DNA of 63,828 bases from an uncultured Collinsella sp. Its GTDB lineage: Bacteria; Actinomycetota; Coriobacteriia; Coriobacteriales; Coriobacteriaceae. Shown piece after piece: positions 40,401-49,819 of this stretch (position 1 is the stretch's first letter; the number at the start of each line of letters is the position of its first letter). The notes below the pieces were generated by a model. That model was not told the origin of the DNA. It saw only the letters and a list, made by a program, of their open reading frames with translations, and searched no databases. Location of the stretch: assembly GCA_900554495.1 (NCBI GenBank), contig USHR01000001.1:1-63828 (forward strand), given 5' to 3'. The translations under genes and the position numbers were made by a program.

Positions 40401-41213
40401 CGCGCGAGCGGCCAGACGTCGTTCTTCGATATGTTTGGTGATGTTGAGGGCTCGGGCTTTGAGGTGAGCGTGCCCGATCCGGATGGCCAGGAGTGGGACC
40501 GTCACCTTAAGCTGAGCCAGGAGAAGGAGGTTCTGGGCATCTATGTCTCGGACCACCCACTGCGCCCGTTTGAGTATGCGCTAGCCAAGGCGCGCGACTT
40601 CTCGTTCTCGCAGATCGATACCGGCTACGAGGTGCAAAACCCCACGGGCGGTACCATCAACCAGGAGATTCCCGAGGGCAAGGCGCTGTGGTGGGCCGGC
40701 ATGGTCTCGAGCGTGTCCAAGCGCGTGACCAAAAACGGCGACCCCATGGGTATTGTGCAGCTCGAGGACATGGAAGGCGAGGCCACGGTCGTGGTGTTCC
40801 CCAAGACCTACAAGGAGGCCGAGGGGTACCTGTACGGCGAGGTCGATCCCGAGACCGGCGCGCAGCTGTCCGATGCGTTTGTGCGCATTAAGGGCAAGCT
40901 CGAGCGCTCGGACCGCGGCGACCAGATCATCGCGCAGGAGATCGTGCCGCTGGAGCTTAACGAGGAGAACAACAAGCCCAAGGTGTTTGAGGTCATGGTG
41001 CCTAACAGCCGCTTTAGCCAGGGCAATATGGCACGTCTTGCCACGGTGCTTACCGCCAACCCGGGCGGCGACCACGTGGAGATCTTTATCGAGCAGGTGG
41101 ACGGGCGCGTGCTGCGTGCCGAGGTGCCGGCCAAGGTCAACGCGCGCTCGATTCCGCTGCTGGCAGAGGCAAAGGCCATCGTCGGCAACCAAGGCCGCGT
41201 GACGGTGATCTAA
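37410..41213 (+). CDS. dnaE: DNA polymerase III alpha subunit
   Basis: FVHLHNH PHP, GPGRGSAAG, PDIDMDF, KMDFLG, FNKSHS, OB fold. Confidence 0.97.
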   Translation: MAFVHLHNHTVFSMLDGATRIQDMVNRAVELGMPAVAITDHGYMYGVPDLALACDAVNHNTPEYKTWSHDKAFLEKDRRDELVEPDPEENPREHAQYVKDMAMWDEKGNIDELKPPLVIKPIFGCEVYFTPDETLARDHKPELYHMILLAKDQEGYVNLMQTVSEAAVQGFYYKPRVTLDNLRRHAKGMICTSACIAGIIPKYIDRGDMEGAIKWAETFRDTFDPGDFYIEIQEHGITTDNGLTDEQMDRTLIDIAKQVGVKVIATNDFHYLRREDAPVQDVIMCIGMNAKVDDPNRMRMTGSEFYMKTEEEMRAMFPYCPEACDNTLEIADKCYVELDWDSIILPRFPLLDPGETHESQFRRECEKGLRQHYGDDWATREIGGVNIKERFEYEYKVICDKGFAAYFLIVAEYVQWAKDNGIGVGPGRGSAAGAIVAYAMNITAFDPLENGLMFERFLSPQRTEMPDIDMDFDDERRLEVVEHVRQLYGPEKVTHVITYSTIKAKQAINDAARVLDYPVYMGQRLSKMVSSDPKVKLKQVLEKQPGKEDLFNPDFAEAYKKDDDARRIIDTALSIEGLTRGEGVHACAVLICRDPVNEHVPTKLDTKGGVEITQYEGHTVADMGLLKMDFLGLRTLTVISKAKANIKKNFGIDIKEEEIPFDDPEIFKLMGSGHTAGVFQVESAGMTATIKNMKPTEYKHVVALIALYRPGPLGAGMVSSYINRMNGKEPAVSYDDRLDDILGETYGTMVYQEQVMLISVEMCGFSKGESDSRIRKPVAKKKIKLLTSTVLHWEDGSDETTYDHWMNGAIKNNYTREVAQKIWDDVLEFASYAFNKSHSAGYAILVMQTAWLKAHYPHEYMAAVLTSYTGKTDKIVHYVSACRHDGIPVLSPDVNESGTEFTATKEGVRFGLAGIRGVGTGVAQAIIAEREAGGPFKTLHDFVERVDSSQANRRVIESLIKAGAFDSTGYPRRQMMHFVDKNNPENIIDAAVKRQKDRASGQTSFFDMFGDVEGSGFEVSVPDPDGQEWDRHLKLSQEKEVLGIYVSDHPLRPFEYALAKARDFSFSQIDTGYEVQNPTGGTINQEIPEGKALWWAGMVSSVSKRVTKNGDPMGIVQLEDMEGEATVVVFPKTYKEAEGYLYGEVDPETGAQLSDAFVRIKGKLERSDRGDQIIAQEIVPLELNEENNKPKVFEVMVPNSRFSQGNMARLATVLTANPGGDHVEIFIEQVDGRVLRAEVPAKVNARSIPLLAEAKAIVGNQGRVTVI

Positions 41214-41221
41214 GAGCGACC

Positions 41222-44200
41222 TTGCTGGTCCGCGCGAGATTGGAGGAAGTGATGGCGCAGGGGACGTTTGTGCAGGCGCTTCGTAAGGAGGCGGCGCTCA
41301 GCAGTACCTTTATGAAGGGGCGCTCGCTCATGCTCAACGGCGCCGTGCTGTCGTTTGAGGACTCCGGCTCGCGCTTCTCCAAAAATGTGACTATCGAGGG
41401 CACGGTGCGTGGCTCGCGCGGCGACCTGTACAAGACGCACGTGGCGCTCGACATGGACGAGCACGAGGTTATCGACTACGACTGCGATTGCCCCGCTGCC
41501 TTCCGCTATTCCGGCATGTGCAAGCACGCCATCGCCGCGGCGCTGGCGTATCTGGATGCCAGTGGCGCCGAGCCTGTCGAGGGCCTGCGTACGCCGGTCC
41601 GCACGTTTACAGTACCGCCCGCACAGTCCAAGCAGCCCACGCGCCCCGCGCCCATCGCATCTGCGGTCAACCCCAACTTTCCCTTTCCGGCACCCATCCC
41701 CACGAGCCCGAGCCTTGTGGCGGCGCTTTCCGATCTTTCGGGCGCGCGCATGGATGAGCTGGCGAGCATGCGCCGCAAGCTTGCCAGTGCCGTTGATCCC
41801 GATGCGCCCAAAGCGGTGCTGGAGCCCTCGTTGGTGCCGTACTACAATCCGCTGTTTGCCGATCGCTTTAACTGGGCGCTCGAGTTTCGCATTCGTAGCG
41901 GTTCGGTGTCCTACGTGGTTAAGGATATCGACGGCATGGCCGATGCCTATGTGCGCGGCGGTACGTTCTCCTATGGCAAGAAGCTTACGTTTGCCCATGT
42001 GCCCGAGGCATTCGACGACGTATCGACGAAGCTGCTTGACTTTGTCGCAATAACGGTCGCCTACCTGAGCGACATTACGAGTTCGCGCTCGGCATCGTAT
42101 GACTTTGCCCGCAGCGGTTTTGTTGCCGAGCGTCAGTTGCCGGTATCCGAATATTCTGTCGTGTCCGTGCTGGACCTGCTGCATGGCAGGACTATGTCCT
42201 TTGAGCCTGCTTGGTCGCGGGGGACGACGACGCATCGTGCCTACGAGGTGGCGGTCGAGCCGTCGCCGCAGGGGGAGGGCGAAGTCCAGGCTAAGCGCCC
42301 GCCGCTCCTTGCCGCCAAGATTGCACCGGCGGCGGGAGGCAGCTACGACTTGCGCCTGCCGGCCGATACGTACTGCTTTGTCGCGGGCGATGCAGCCTAT
42401 CTGGTCGATACGCGCCGCGCGCGCCGTACCGACACGGCGTTTGCCCAACATGCGGCGCCGTTCCTATCGCACTTGTTGCCCTGCCGCACGCCGGTCCATA
42501 TCGCCGCCGACCAGGTGGGCGAGTTCTGCCGCATGGCGCTGCCCATCTTGCGCGACTACACCGACCTGACCGCGCCCGCTGCGCTCGATACCGTGGCGCC
42601 CGAGCCGAGCTTTGCCATGGCGATCGGCGTCGACGATGGTCTTGTGACCTGCAAAGTTACGGTTACCTACGGCGATTGGTCGGCAGATCTCTTTAGTCTT
42701 GGTGCTCCGGGCAGTCCCTTCGAAGAGCAACGCCCCGGCGTTCCGCCCCGCGATATGGTGGCGGAGTTTCGCGTTATGGACACGGCGGCCCTGTACTTCG
42801 ATTTCTACGAGGGCGGCCTGGCGTTTGAGGAGCGCGATGACGCCCGCCTGTTCCACTTGCTGACCGAGGGCCTGTCTGCCCTGTCCGAGCTGGGCGAGGT
42901 CATGCTCAGCGACCGCCTGCGCCAGATCTCGGTACGCCCTGCGCCCAAGCTCTCGGTGCGCGCCACCGTCAAGAGCAACTTGCTCGACGTCGAGCTGGGT
43001 GCGAGCGGGCTTTCGGCGGCTGACCTTGCCATCTACCTCGATTCCTACAAGCGTCACCAGACGTTTGCGCGTCTCACGTCGGGCGACATCGTGCGCCTGG
43101 ACGAGGGCGCTCGTGCCGCGTTTGGCCTTGCCGAGGACCTGGGCGTCGATGCCGTCGACCTGCTCGACGGCGTGTCGCTTCCCGCGTCGAGTACCCTTTT
43201 TGTCGATAGCATGCTCGCGCGCACGCCAGCGCTTGAGGCCGATCGCGACGCCGCGTTCCGCCGCACCGTCGTGCGCCTGGACACGCTCGGCAAGATAGAC
43301 TTTACGGTACCCGCCTCACTCAAGGCCACGCTGCGTGGCTACCAGGTCGACGGCTATCAGTGGCTCGGCTCGCTTGAGCACCTGGGCCTTGGCGGCATCT
43401 TGGCCGACGATATGGGCCTGGGCAAAACGCTGCAGATGATCGCGCACATTTTGGCGCGCGTGGAGGCGGGGGACACCAAGCCCACGCTCGTGGTATGCCC
43501 CGCGTCGCTCGTGTACAACTGGACCGCCGAGCTGGAGCGCTTTGCTCCCTCGCTTGATGTGTGCGCCATCGTGGGCACTAAGGCTCAACGCCGCGTGCAG
43601 ATCGCCGGCGTGGCCGAGCATAATGTGGTCGTAACGTCGTATGACCTCATGCGACGCGATATCGACGAGTACATCGAGCAGGACTTTGCCCGCGTGGTGC
43701 TCGACGAGGCCCAGTACATTAAAAACCCGCTCACCCAGGTGGCCCGCGCCGCCAAGCGCCTGCCGGCCGGCGTGCGCTTTGCCCTGACGGGCACGCCCAT
43801 CGAAAACCGCCTGTCCGAGCTCTGGAGCATCTTCGACTTTTTGATGCCGGGCCTGCTTGGCACGCGCGAGTCGTTTGCCAAGCGCTTCGAAAGCCCGGTC
43901 GAGCATGCCGAGGGCGACAGCGCCGCTCGCCTGCAGGCGCTCGTGTCGCCGTTTGTGCTGCGTCGCGTCAAGGAAGACGTGGTGGCCGATCTGCCCGAGA
44001 AGATCGAGGACACCGTCATGGCACAACTCACCGGCGAGCAGCGCAAGCTCTACCTGGCCAACCAGGACCGCATCGCCCAGCAGGTGCAGCACCGCGAGGC
44101 ATCCGAGTTTAAGAAGGACAAGCTCAAGGTGCTCGCCGAGCTCACCAAGCTGCGCCAGATCTGCTGCGACCCGCATCTACACTACGAGGACTACAAGGCG

Positions 44201-44725
44201 GGGAGCGCCAAGCTCGACGCTTGCATGGAGCTCGTGCACGGCGCACTCGACGGCGGACATCGCATCCTGTTGTTCAGCCAGTTTACGGGTATGCTCGATA
44301 TCATTGGCAAGCGCCTGGCCAAGGAGGACATCGGCTTTCTTAAGCTCACGGGCGCTTCGTCCAAGGAGAGCCGTGCCAAGATGGTCGCGCAGTTCCAGGC
44401 GGGCGAGGTGCCGGTGTTTCTGATCTCGCTCAAGGCGGGCGGCGTGGGCCTCAACCTGACGGCGGCCGACGTGGTCATTCACTATGACCCGTGGTGGAAC
44501 GTGGCCGCGCAGGACCAGGCGACCGACCGCGCGCACCGTATTGGCCAGCAACATACCGTGACCGTGTACAAGCTTATCGCCAAGGACACGATCGAGGAAC
44601 GCATTATGCAGATGCAGGAGTCCAAGCGCGACCTGGTCAACAGCGTGCTCGGTGGCGACGGCATCTCCTCGGCGCTGTTTACCCGCGAGGATGTTCTGGC
44701 GCTGCTCGGCGGCGACGGGCGCTAG
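41222..44725 (+). CDS. SWIM zinc finger SNF2-family helicase (start uncertain)
   Basis: CDCP...CKH SWIM, LADDMGLGKT, DEAQ, TGTPIEN, QATDRAHRIGQ. Confidence 0.92.
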   Translation: MLVRARLEEVMAQGTFVQALRKEAALSSTFMKGRSLMLNGAVLSFEDSGSRFSKNVTIEGTVRGSRGDLYKTHVALDMDEHEVIDYDCDCPAAFRYSGMCKHAIAAALAYLDASGAEPVEGLRTPVRTFTVPPAQSKQPTRPAPIASAVNPNFPFPAPIPTSPSLVAALSDLSGARMDELASMRRKLASAVDPDAPKAVLEPSLVPYYNPLFADRFNWALEFRIRSGSVSYVVKDIDGMADAYVRGGTFSYGKKLTFAHVPEAFDDVSTKLLDFVAITVAYLSDITSSRSASYDFARSGFVAERQLPVSEYSVVSVLDLLHGRTMSFEPAWSRGTTTHRAYEVAVEPSPQGEGEVQAKRPPLLAAKIAPAAGGSYDLRLPADTYCFVAGDAAYLVDTRRARRTDTAFAQHAAPFLSHLLPCRTPVHIAADQVGEFCRMALPILRDYTDLTAPAALDTVAPEPSFAMAIGVDDGLVTCKVTVTYGDWSADLFSLGAPGSPFEEQRPGVPPRDMVAEFRVMDTAALYFDFYEGGLAFEERDDARLFHLLTEGLSALSELGEVMLSDRLRQISVRPAPKLSVRATVKSNLLDVELGASGLSAADLAIYLDSYKRHQTFARLTSGDIVRLDEGARAAFGLAEDLGVDAVDLLDGVSLPASSTLFVDSMLARTPALEADRDAAFRRTVVRLDTLGKIDFTVPASLKATLRGYQVDGYQWLGSLEHLGLGGILADDMGLGKTLQMIAHILARVEAGDTKPTLVVCPASLVYNWTAELERFAPSLDVCAIVGTKAQRRVQIAGVAEHNVVVTSYDLMRRDIDEYIEQDFARVVLDEAQYIKNPLTQVARAAKRLPAGVRFALTGTPIENRLSELWSIFDFLMPGLLGTRESFAKRFESPVEHAEGDSAARLQALVSPFVLRRVKEDVVADLPEKIEDTVMAQLTGEQRKLYLANQDRIAQQVQHREASEFKKDKLKVLAELTKLRQICCDPHLHYEDYKAGSAKLDACMELVHGALDGGHRILLFSQFTGMLDIIGKRLAKEDIGFLKLTGASSKESRAKMVAQFQAGEVPVFLISLKAGGVGLNLTAADVVIHYDPWWNVAAQDQATDRAHRIGQQHTVTVYKLIAKDTIEERIMQMQESKRDLVNSVLGGDGISSALFTREDVLALLGGDGR

Positions 44726-44876
44726 CCTCGCTCGGGTGGGGCCGCCAGGGCGGATAGCCCGCGCTGTCCCATCGTCCCCACCCGTTATGTGTTCATTTGC
44801 CATGCCGTGGATGGTTCGCCTGCCTTTGGGCATAAGAAGCATCGAGAACACCGGCACATCAGCAAAGGAGAACATC

Positions 44877-45239
44877 ATGGCGAAATTCTTTAAGGACCCC
44901 GACGGCAAGCTCATTGCCGCCCTTGGCAACGACGTTGCAACCCCTGCCGGCTGCACGGAGCTGACCGCGAACACCGAGGACGCGGCGCACGAGAAGCACG
45001 TGCCGGTCGTCGAGAGCGAGCGCGATGGTCACGTGATCCGTGCGCGCGTGGGCTCGGTCGAGCATCCTATGGTGCCCGAGCACTACATCGAGTGGATCGC
45101 CCTTGAGGCCGAGGGTCGTCTGGAGGTCCATTACCTCCAGCCCGGCATGAAGCCCGCGACGTTTTTTGCCGGCGGTTCCAAGACCGGTACCGTCTATGCC
45201 TATTGCAACCTGCACGGGCTGTGGTCCGCGACGTTCTAG
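44877..45239 (+). CDS. Superoxide reductase (desulfoferrodoxin family)
   Basis: EKHVP, HPM, HYIEW, YCNLHGLW; AAAGGAG RBS. Confidence 0.9.
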   Translation: MAKFFKDPDGKLIAALGNDVATPAGCTELTANTEDAAHEKHVPVVESERDGHVIRARVGSVEHPMVPEHYIEWIALEAEGRLEVHYLQPGMKPATFFAGGSKTGTVYAYCNLHGLWSATF

Positions 45240-45356
45240 GAGCGCGCCCCCGCTCGGGGTATCATAGCTAGCATATGCACATGCGAGCGCCGACTGCGTC
45301 ATGCGGCCGGCGCTTTTACTACGACAACGATGGTTTACGACGGAAAGGGCTGAGCC

Positions 45357-47342
45357 ATGAAGCTCGCACTTGCACAGATCGATATGCGCCTGGGTGATAT
45401 TGAGGGCATTTGCGGTCGCATCGAGGACCAAGTCCGTTTGGCCCACGAGCGTGGGGCGCGCGTGCTGTGCGTGCCGGCTCCGCTCTTTATGGGAGCCCTG
45501 CCCGGCGGCCTGGTGGGCGCTGCCGACTTTGAGCACGACATGCTGACGGGCCTGACCGGCGTCGCCGAGCGCATCCAAGAGCTCGATACGATCTGCATCG
45601 TGCCCGCGGCGGTTTCGTTTGAGGGCCAGCCCCTGCTCGACTACATGATGCTCAAGGACGGCCATGTGGTGCCGGCCCGTTCGAGCATTGCCCTGCAGCG
45701 CGGTGGGAACGGCGATGCCCGTTGGGCGCCGCCGGTCTTCGACGTGGACGGCGTGCGAATCGCGGTGATCTTCGACTTGGACCGTGAGCTCGAGATGCTG
45801 CCGACCGGCGTCGACCTCATCGCCTATTTTCAGTTCAACGCGTTTGATATGACCGACCGCGAGACGGCCGCCATTGCCGCCGTTCGCAGCGGTGCCTACC
45901 GCAAGATCGCGTCCAAGCGCAGCGTATGGTTTGCCTGCATGGCGCCGGTCGGTGCCTATGACGAGTCGGTGTATACCGGCGGGTCGTTTGTGCTCGACGA
46001 CTGCGGGCGCGTGGTGGCTCAAGCGCCGTGTTTTGAGGAGAGCCTGCTGGTTCAGGAGATTCAGCGCGGCGTAATGCTCGATGCTTTGGAGGACCACGAG
46101 CTGCCCGAGTTTCGTTCCGAGGAGTGGTTGTGGCAGGCGCTGGTGCTCGCTGTGCGCGATAACGCCCGTGCCCATGGTACGTCGCGCGCCGTGGTGGCGC
46201 TCGAGGGCGATCTGCCGTCGTCTTTGCTTGCGGCGTTGGCTGTCGATGCATTGGGCTCGCGCAACGTGATCGGCCTGGTGTTGGACCGCAACCGCATCTT
46301 TACGCCGGCGCAGGAGGAGGCCGAGGCCGCCCGTTGTGCCGCCGTTCGCGCGATTGCCGAGCGCCTGCATATTCGCACGGTTGAGCGCGATGCGCCGGAT
46401 GCGGCGCGCGTACTCGACCGCGATGTGTCGGCGGGCGATGCCGAGCGCCTGCGTTCGCGTGCGCTGGGCCTCATGTTGGAGGACACGGCGCTCGAGCTGG
46501 GCGCGATGGCTCTGAGTCCGCTTTCCAAGACCGAGTACGCGTTGGCGGCACCGGCGCTTTGCGGTGGCTACCAGGGCGATTACGCGCCCTTTGGCGATGT
46601 GTATCTGTCGACCCTCGAGTTTGTGGCGCGCGTGCGCAACCGCACGTCTGCCGTGGTGCCGCAGGAGCTCGTGACGCTCAACGCGGTGGAAGATTGCATG
46701 GAACGCGTGCTGGCGCGGGCGCTCTCGACGCTCGACGGCCCGGTCGACATGCTCGATCGCGCGGCGCACCTGCTCGGTGGGCTTGAGCCGGGCGAGGTCG
46801 ATGGCGCGCTCGAGGCGCACGTGGACCGCAACCGACCCTTCGACGACATCCCAATGGCCGCCGGCAAGCCCGAGGCTTGCTCGCTGCTGCTGATGCTCGT
46901 ACGTCAGGGCGAGGCCGCCCGCCGCATGCTGCCGACGGCGCCGATCGTCTCGGCCCGTTCGTTTGTCGAGCGCGCCTGGCCGTACATGCTCGCGTGGTCC
47001 GACCTGGGGCTGAGCGGCAAGGAACGCATGACGGTCGATGCGCTGGCGCGCGCTGAGGTGAACCGCTTTGCCGACGAGGATACAAGCGAGCGCATGCGTG
47101 GCGAGATGATGGGCATACTGGGTGACCTGTTGGGTATTTCGCCCGAGCAGATGGAGGAGCTGCGCTCCGAGGATGGCCAGCGTCGTCTGCATGAGGGCAT
47201 GAAGAAGTTTGAGGGCGAGGTCCAGGACGCCATCGAAAAGATGATGGGCGGCCAGGGCGGACCGCAGGGCGGGCCCCAGGGCACGCCGATGCCGCAGCCG
47301 CCGGTGGACCCCCGACAGTTCCCATTCTTCTCGCAGAACTAA
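45357..47342 (+). CDS. Glutamine-dependent NAD+ synthetase-like protein with degenerate catalytic motifs
   Basis: MKLALAQ...GDIEG nitrilase-like N-domain; LWQALVLAVRD, KTEYAL, GDYAPFGDVY synthetase remnants. Confidence 0.7.
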   Translation: MKLALAQIDMRLGDIEGICGRIEDQVRLAHERGARVLCVPAPLFMGALPGGLVGAADFEHDMLTGLTGVAERIQELDTICIVPAAVSFEGQPLLDYMMLKDGHVVPARSSIALQRGGNGDARWAPPVFDVDGVRIAVIFDLDRELEMLPTGVDLIAYFQFNAFDMTDRETAAIAAVRSGAYRKIASKRSVWFACMAPVGAYDESVYTGGSFVLDDCGRVVAQAPCFEESLLVQEIQRGVMLDALEDHELPEFRSEEWLWQALVLAVRDNARAHGTSRAVVALEGDLPSSLLAALAVDALGSRNVIGLVLDRNRIFTPAQEEAEAARCAAVRAIAERLHIRTVERDAPDAARVLDRDVSAGDAERLRSRALGLMLEDTALELGAMALSPLSKTEYALAAPALCGGYQGDYAPFGDVYLSTLEFVARVRNRTSAVVPQELVTLNAVEDCMERVLARALSTLDGPVDMLDRAAHLLGGLEPGEVDGALEAHVDRNRPFDDIPMAAGKPEACSLLLMLVRQGEAARRMLPTAPIVSARSFVERAWPYMLAWSDLGLSGKERMTVDALARAEVNRFADEDTSERMRGEMMGILGDLLGISPEQMEELRSEDGQRRLHEGMKKFEGEVQDAIEKMMGGQGGPQGGPQGTPMPQPPVDPRQFPFFSQN

Positions 47343-47410
47343 ACTGGGGATAGGATTCGCTTCCAACCCCGATACTTCAATTAAGCATCTCGGCCCCGTT
47401 GTGTTATTCT

Positions 47411-47424
47411 AGAACAGACGTTCG
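47411..47424. promoter_or_regulatory. LexA (SOS) box upstream of ruvCAB
   Basis: AGAAC-AGAC-GTTCG matches the Gram-positive GAAC-N4-GTTC consensus. Confidence 0.75.
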
Positions 47425-47479
47425 TGAATAGTGCGCGGGGCGTTGCCTTGTGCTGCGCTTGTGGCGAGGGGAGGTTGGT

Positions 47480-48001
47480 TTGGTCATTTTGGGCATCGAC
47501 CCCGGTTTGGCCCATACGGGTTGGGGGATTATCGAGGAGCGGCGCGGCGAGGTTCGCTGCCGTGCCTACGGCTGTATTGAGACCAGTGCCGGAAGCCCGC
47601 TCGCGGTGCGCCTGTCTCACATCGCCCGCGACCTCAAGGGTGTCGTGGAGCGTTATCGACCCGATACCGCTGCTATCGAGAGCATTTACTTTGGCGCCAA
47701 CGTCCGCTCGGCCATCCCCACGGCGCATGCCCGCGGTGCTGCGCTCGTGGCTCTTTCGGAGTGCGCGCTCGAGATTGGCGAGTACACGCCTATGCAGATT
47801 AAGCAGGCCGTTGTGGGCACCGGCGCCGCGGACAAACGGCAGGTCGCGTATATGGTTCGTACGCTCACGCAGCTCGATCACGACCCGCATCCCGACCATG
47901 CCGCCGATGCTCTGGCCTGCGCCATCTGTCACGTTAACCTCAGCCGCACCCGGGCGCTTACCGGTGGCGAGTTCTATCAACAGAGAGGAACCGGATACTG
48001 A
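47480..48001 (+). CDS. ruvC: Holliday junction resolvase
   Basis: ILGIDPG, AIES, YTPMQIKQAV, DHAADALA; TTG start after GGGGAGG. Confidence 0.95.
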   Translation: MVILGIDPGLAHTGWGIIEERRGEVRCRAYGCIETSAGSPLAVRLSHIARDLKGVVERYRPDTAAIESIYFGANVRSAIPTAHARGAALVALSECALEIGEYTPMQIKQAVVGTGAADKRQVAYMVRTLTQLDHDPHPDHAADALACAICHVNLSRTRALTGGEFYQQRGTGY

Positions 48002-48621
48002 TGATCTCCCAGCTCCATGGAACGCTTGTCGAGGCCACGATGAGCTCGGCCGTTGTCGATGTATCGGGCGTGGGCTTTGAGCTCGGCATCTCGGGCAGCA
48101 CTGCCGCCACGTTGCCGACGCCCGGCGGCGAGGTCCGCCTCTATACCCGTATGCAGGTGCGCGAGGACGCCATGACGCTCTTCGGTTTTGCCTCCAAGGA
48201 CGAGCGCACGATGTTCGATCGGCTCGTGTCCGTCTCGGGCGTCGGTCCGCGCCTGGCGCTTGCCGTGCTCTCTACCTATACCGTGGGACAGCTGTATTCC
48301 CTGGTAATGGCCGAGGATGACAAGGGCATGGCCAAGGTTCCCGGTGTGGGCAAAAAGACCGCGCAGCGGCTGATCCTGGAGCTCAAGAGCACCTTTGCCA
48401 AGGATAAGGGCTTTGTGCCGGTCGACGTGATTCCCGGTCAGGTTGCGATGCCCGTGCCCACTGCCGCCCCCTCGGCCATCGACGATGCCCGCGCGGCACT
48501 CCTTTCCATGGGCTTTAGCCCGCAGGAGACCGATGTTGCCCTGAGCGGGTATGATGGGCAGGATATGCGTGTCGAGGATCTGCTCGGCGCGGCGCTTAAG
48601 CGACTCGGAATGGATGCGTGA
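48001..48621 (+). CDS. ruvA: Holliday junction branch migration protein
   Basis: [37 protein letters not shown]. Confidence 0.96.
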   Translation: MISQLHGTLVEATMSSAVVDVSGVGFELGISGSTAATLPTPGGEVRLYTRMQVREDAMTLFGFASKDERTMFDRLVSVSGVGPRLALAVLSTYTVGQLYSLVMAEDDKGMAKVPGVGKKTAQRLILELKSTFAKDKGFVPVDVIPGQVAMPVPTAAPSAIDDARAALLSMGFSPQETDVALSGYDGQDMRVEDLLGAALKRLGMDA

Positions 48622-49688
48622 TGTGGGAAGCCGATGACTCTCAGGACCTGTGGGCGACGCCCGGCAACTCGCCGGCGGCATCCATGGCGCACGGTGAGCG
48701 CATGGTGGGCTCGGAGCTGACGCCCGAGGACCTCGATGTCGACCGTACCCTGCGCCCCCAGCGCCTGGATGACTACTGTGGCCAGGAGCACATCAAGCAG
48801 AGCCTGCGCGTGCTCATCGAGGCGGCGCAGAGCCGCGGTGAGACACTCGACCACGTGATCTTCTCGGGCCCTCCGGGTCTGGGCAAGACCACGCTGGCCA
48901 CGGTTATCGCCAACGAGCTGGGCGCTCAGATCAAGACGACGAGCGGCCCCGCTATTGCGCGCACCGGCGACCTCGCGGCCATCCTAACTAACTTGCAGCC
49001 GGGTGACGTGCTGTTTATCGACGAGATTCACCGTCTGAACCGTTCGGTCGAGGAAGTTCTGTATCCCGCGATGGAGGACTTTGCGCTCGATATCGTGATC
49101 GGTAAGGGCCCGGCGGCGCGCTCGATTCGCCTGGATATTCCCAAGTTTACGCTGGTGGCGGCCACGACCCGTTCGGGCATGCTCACGGGTCCACTGCGCG
49201 ATCGCTTTGGCATCTCGTATCGTCTGGATTACTACACCGTCGAGGAACTCGCCCAGATTGTGACGCGCTCGGCGACCATTTTGGGCGTGACAATCGACCA
49301 TCCCAGCGCGCTCGAGATCGGCTCGCGCTCGCGTGGCACGCCGCGCTTGGCTAACCGTCTGCTCAAACGCGTGCGCGACTATGCGCAGGTGCGCGGCAAC
49401 GGTCCTATCGAGCTCGATATCTGCCGTCAGGCGCTCGAGTTCTTCGAGATTGACGAGCTCGGCCTGGACTGGATGGATATTCGCATCTTGGAGACGCTTG
49501 CCAAGACGTTCTCCGGCCGTGCCGTGGGCCTGACGACGCTTGCCAGCGCGGTTGGCGAGGACCCGGGAACGCTCGAGGATGTCTACGAGCCCTATCTGCT
49601 GCAGTGCGGTTTGATGATTCGCACGCCCCAGGGCCGCCAGGCAACGCTTCGCACCTTTGAGCACTTAGGAATTGAGCCGACCGTTTAG
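48621..49688 (+). CDS. ruvB: Holliday junction branch migration ATPase
   Basis: [32 protein letters not shown]. Confidence 0.97.
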   Translation: MWEADDSQDLWATPGNSPAASMAHGERMVGSELTPEDLDVDRTLRPQRLDDYCGQEHIKQSLRVLIEAAQSRGETLDHVIFSGPPGLGKTTLATVIANELGAQIKTTSGPAIARTGDLAAILTNLQPGDVLFIDEIHRLNRSVEEVLYPAMEDFALDIVIGKGPAARSIRLDIPKFTLVAATTRSGMLTGPLRDRFGISYRLDYYTVEELAQIVTRSATILGVTIDHPSALEIGSRSRGTPRLANRLLKRVRDYAQVRGNGPIELDICRQALEFFEIDELGLDWMDIRILETLAKTFSGRAVGLTTLASAVGEDPGTLEDVYEPYLLQCGLMIRTPQGRQATLRTFEHLGIEPTV

Positions 49689-49819
49689 GACGGGTTTGTA
49701 GGCTATCGCTGAGCATTGGATAAACATATCGCCGTTTGTCGGTTGTGGGTGTTTTACTATTGTGCGCCCGTGCTATGCTGAATTGGTCTTTTTCTCATCC
49801 GGTAACGAAAGGACCGCCC

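Noticed and set aside
33349..40556. Long minus-strand ORFs (870 aa and 1060 aa)
   Set aside because: Antisense to addA and dnaE with no recognisable motifs; the same applies to 11634-13331, 44859-47366 and 49757-51376
30487..44725. Nuclease-helicase-SNF2 cluster as a defence island
   Set aside because: The genes match housekeeping AddAB-like, dnaE and SWIM-SNF2 families with host-like codon usage
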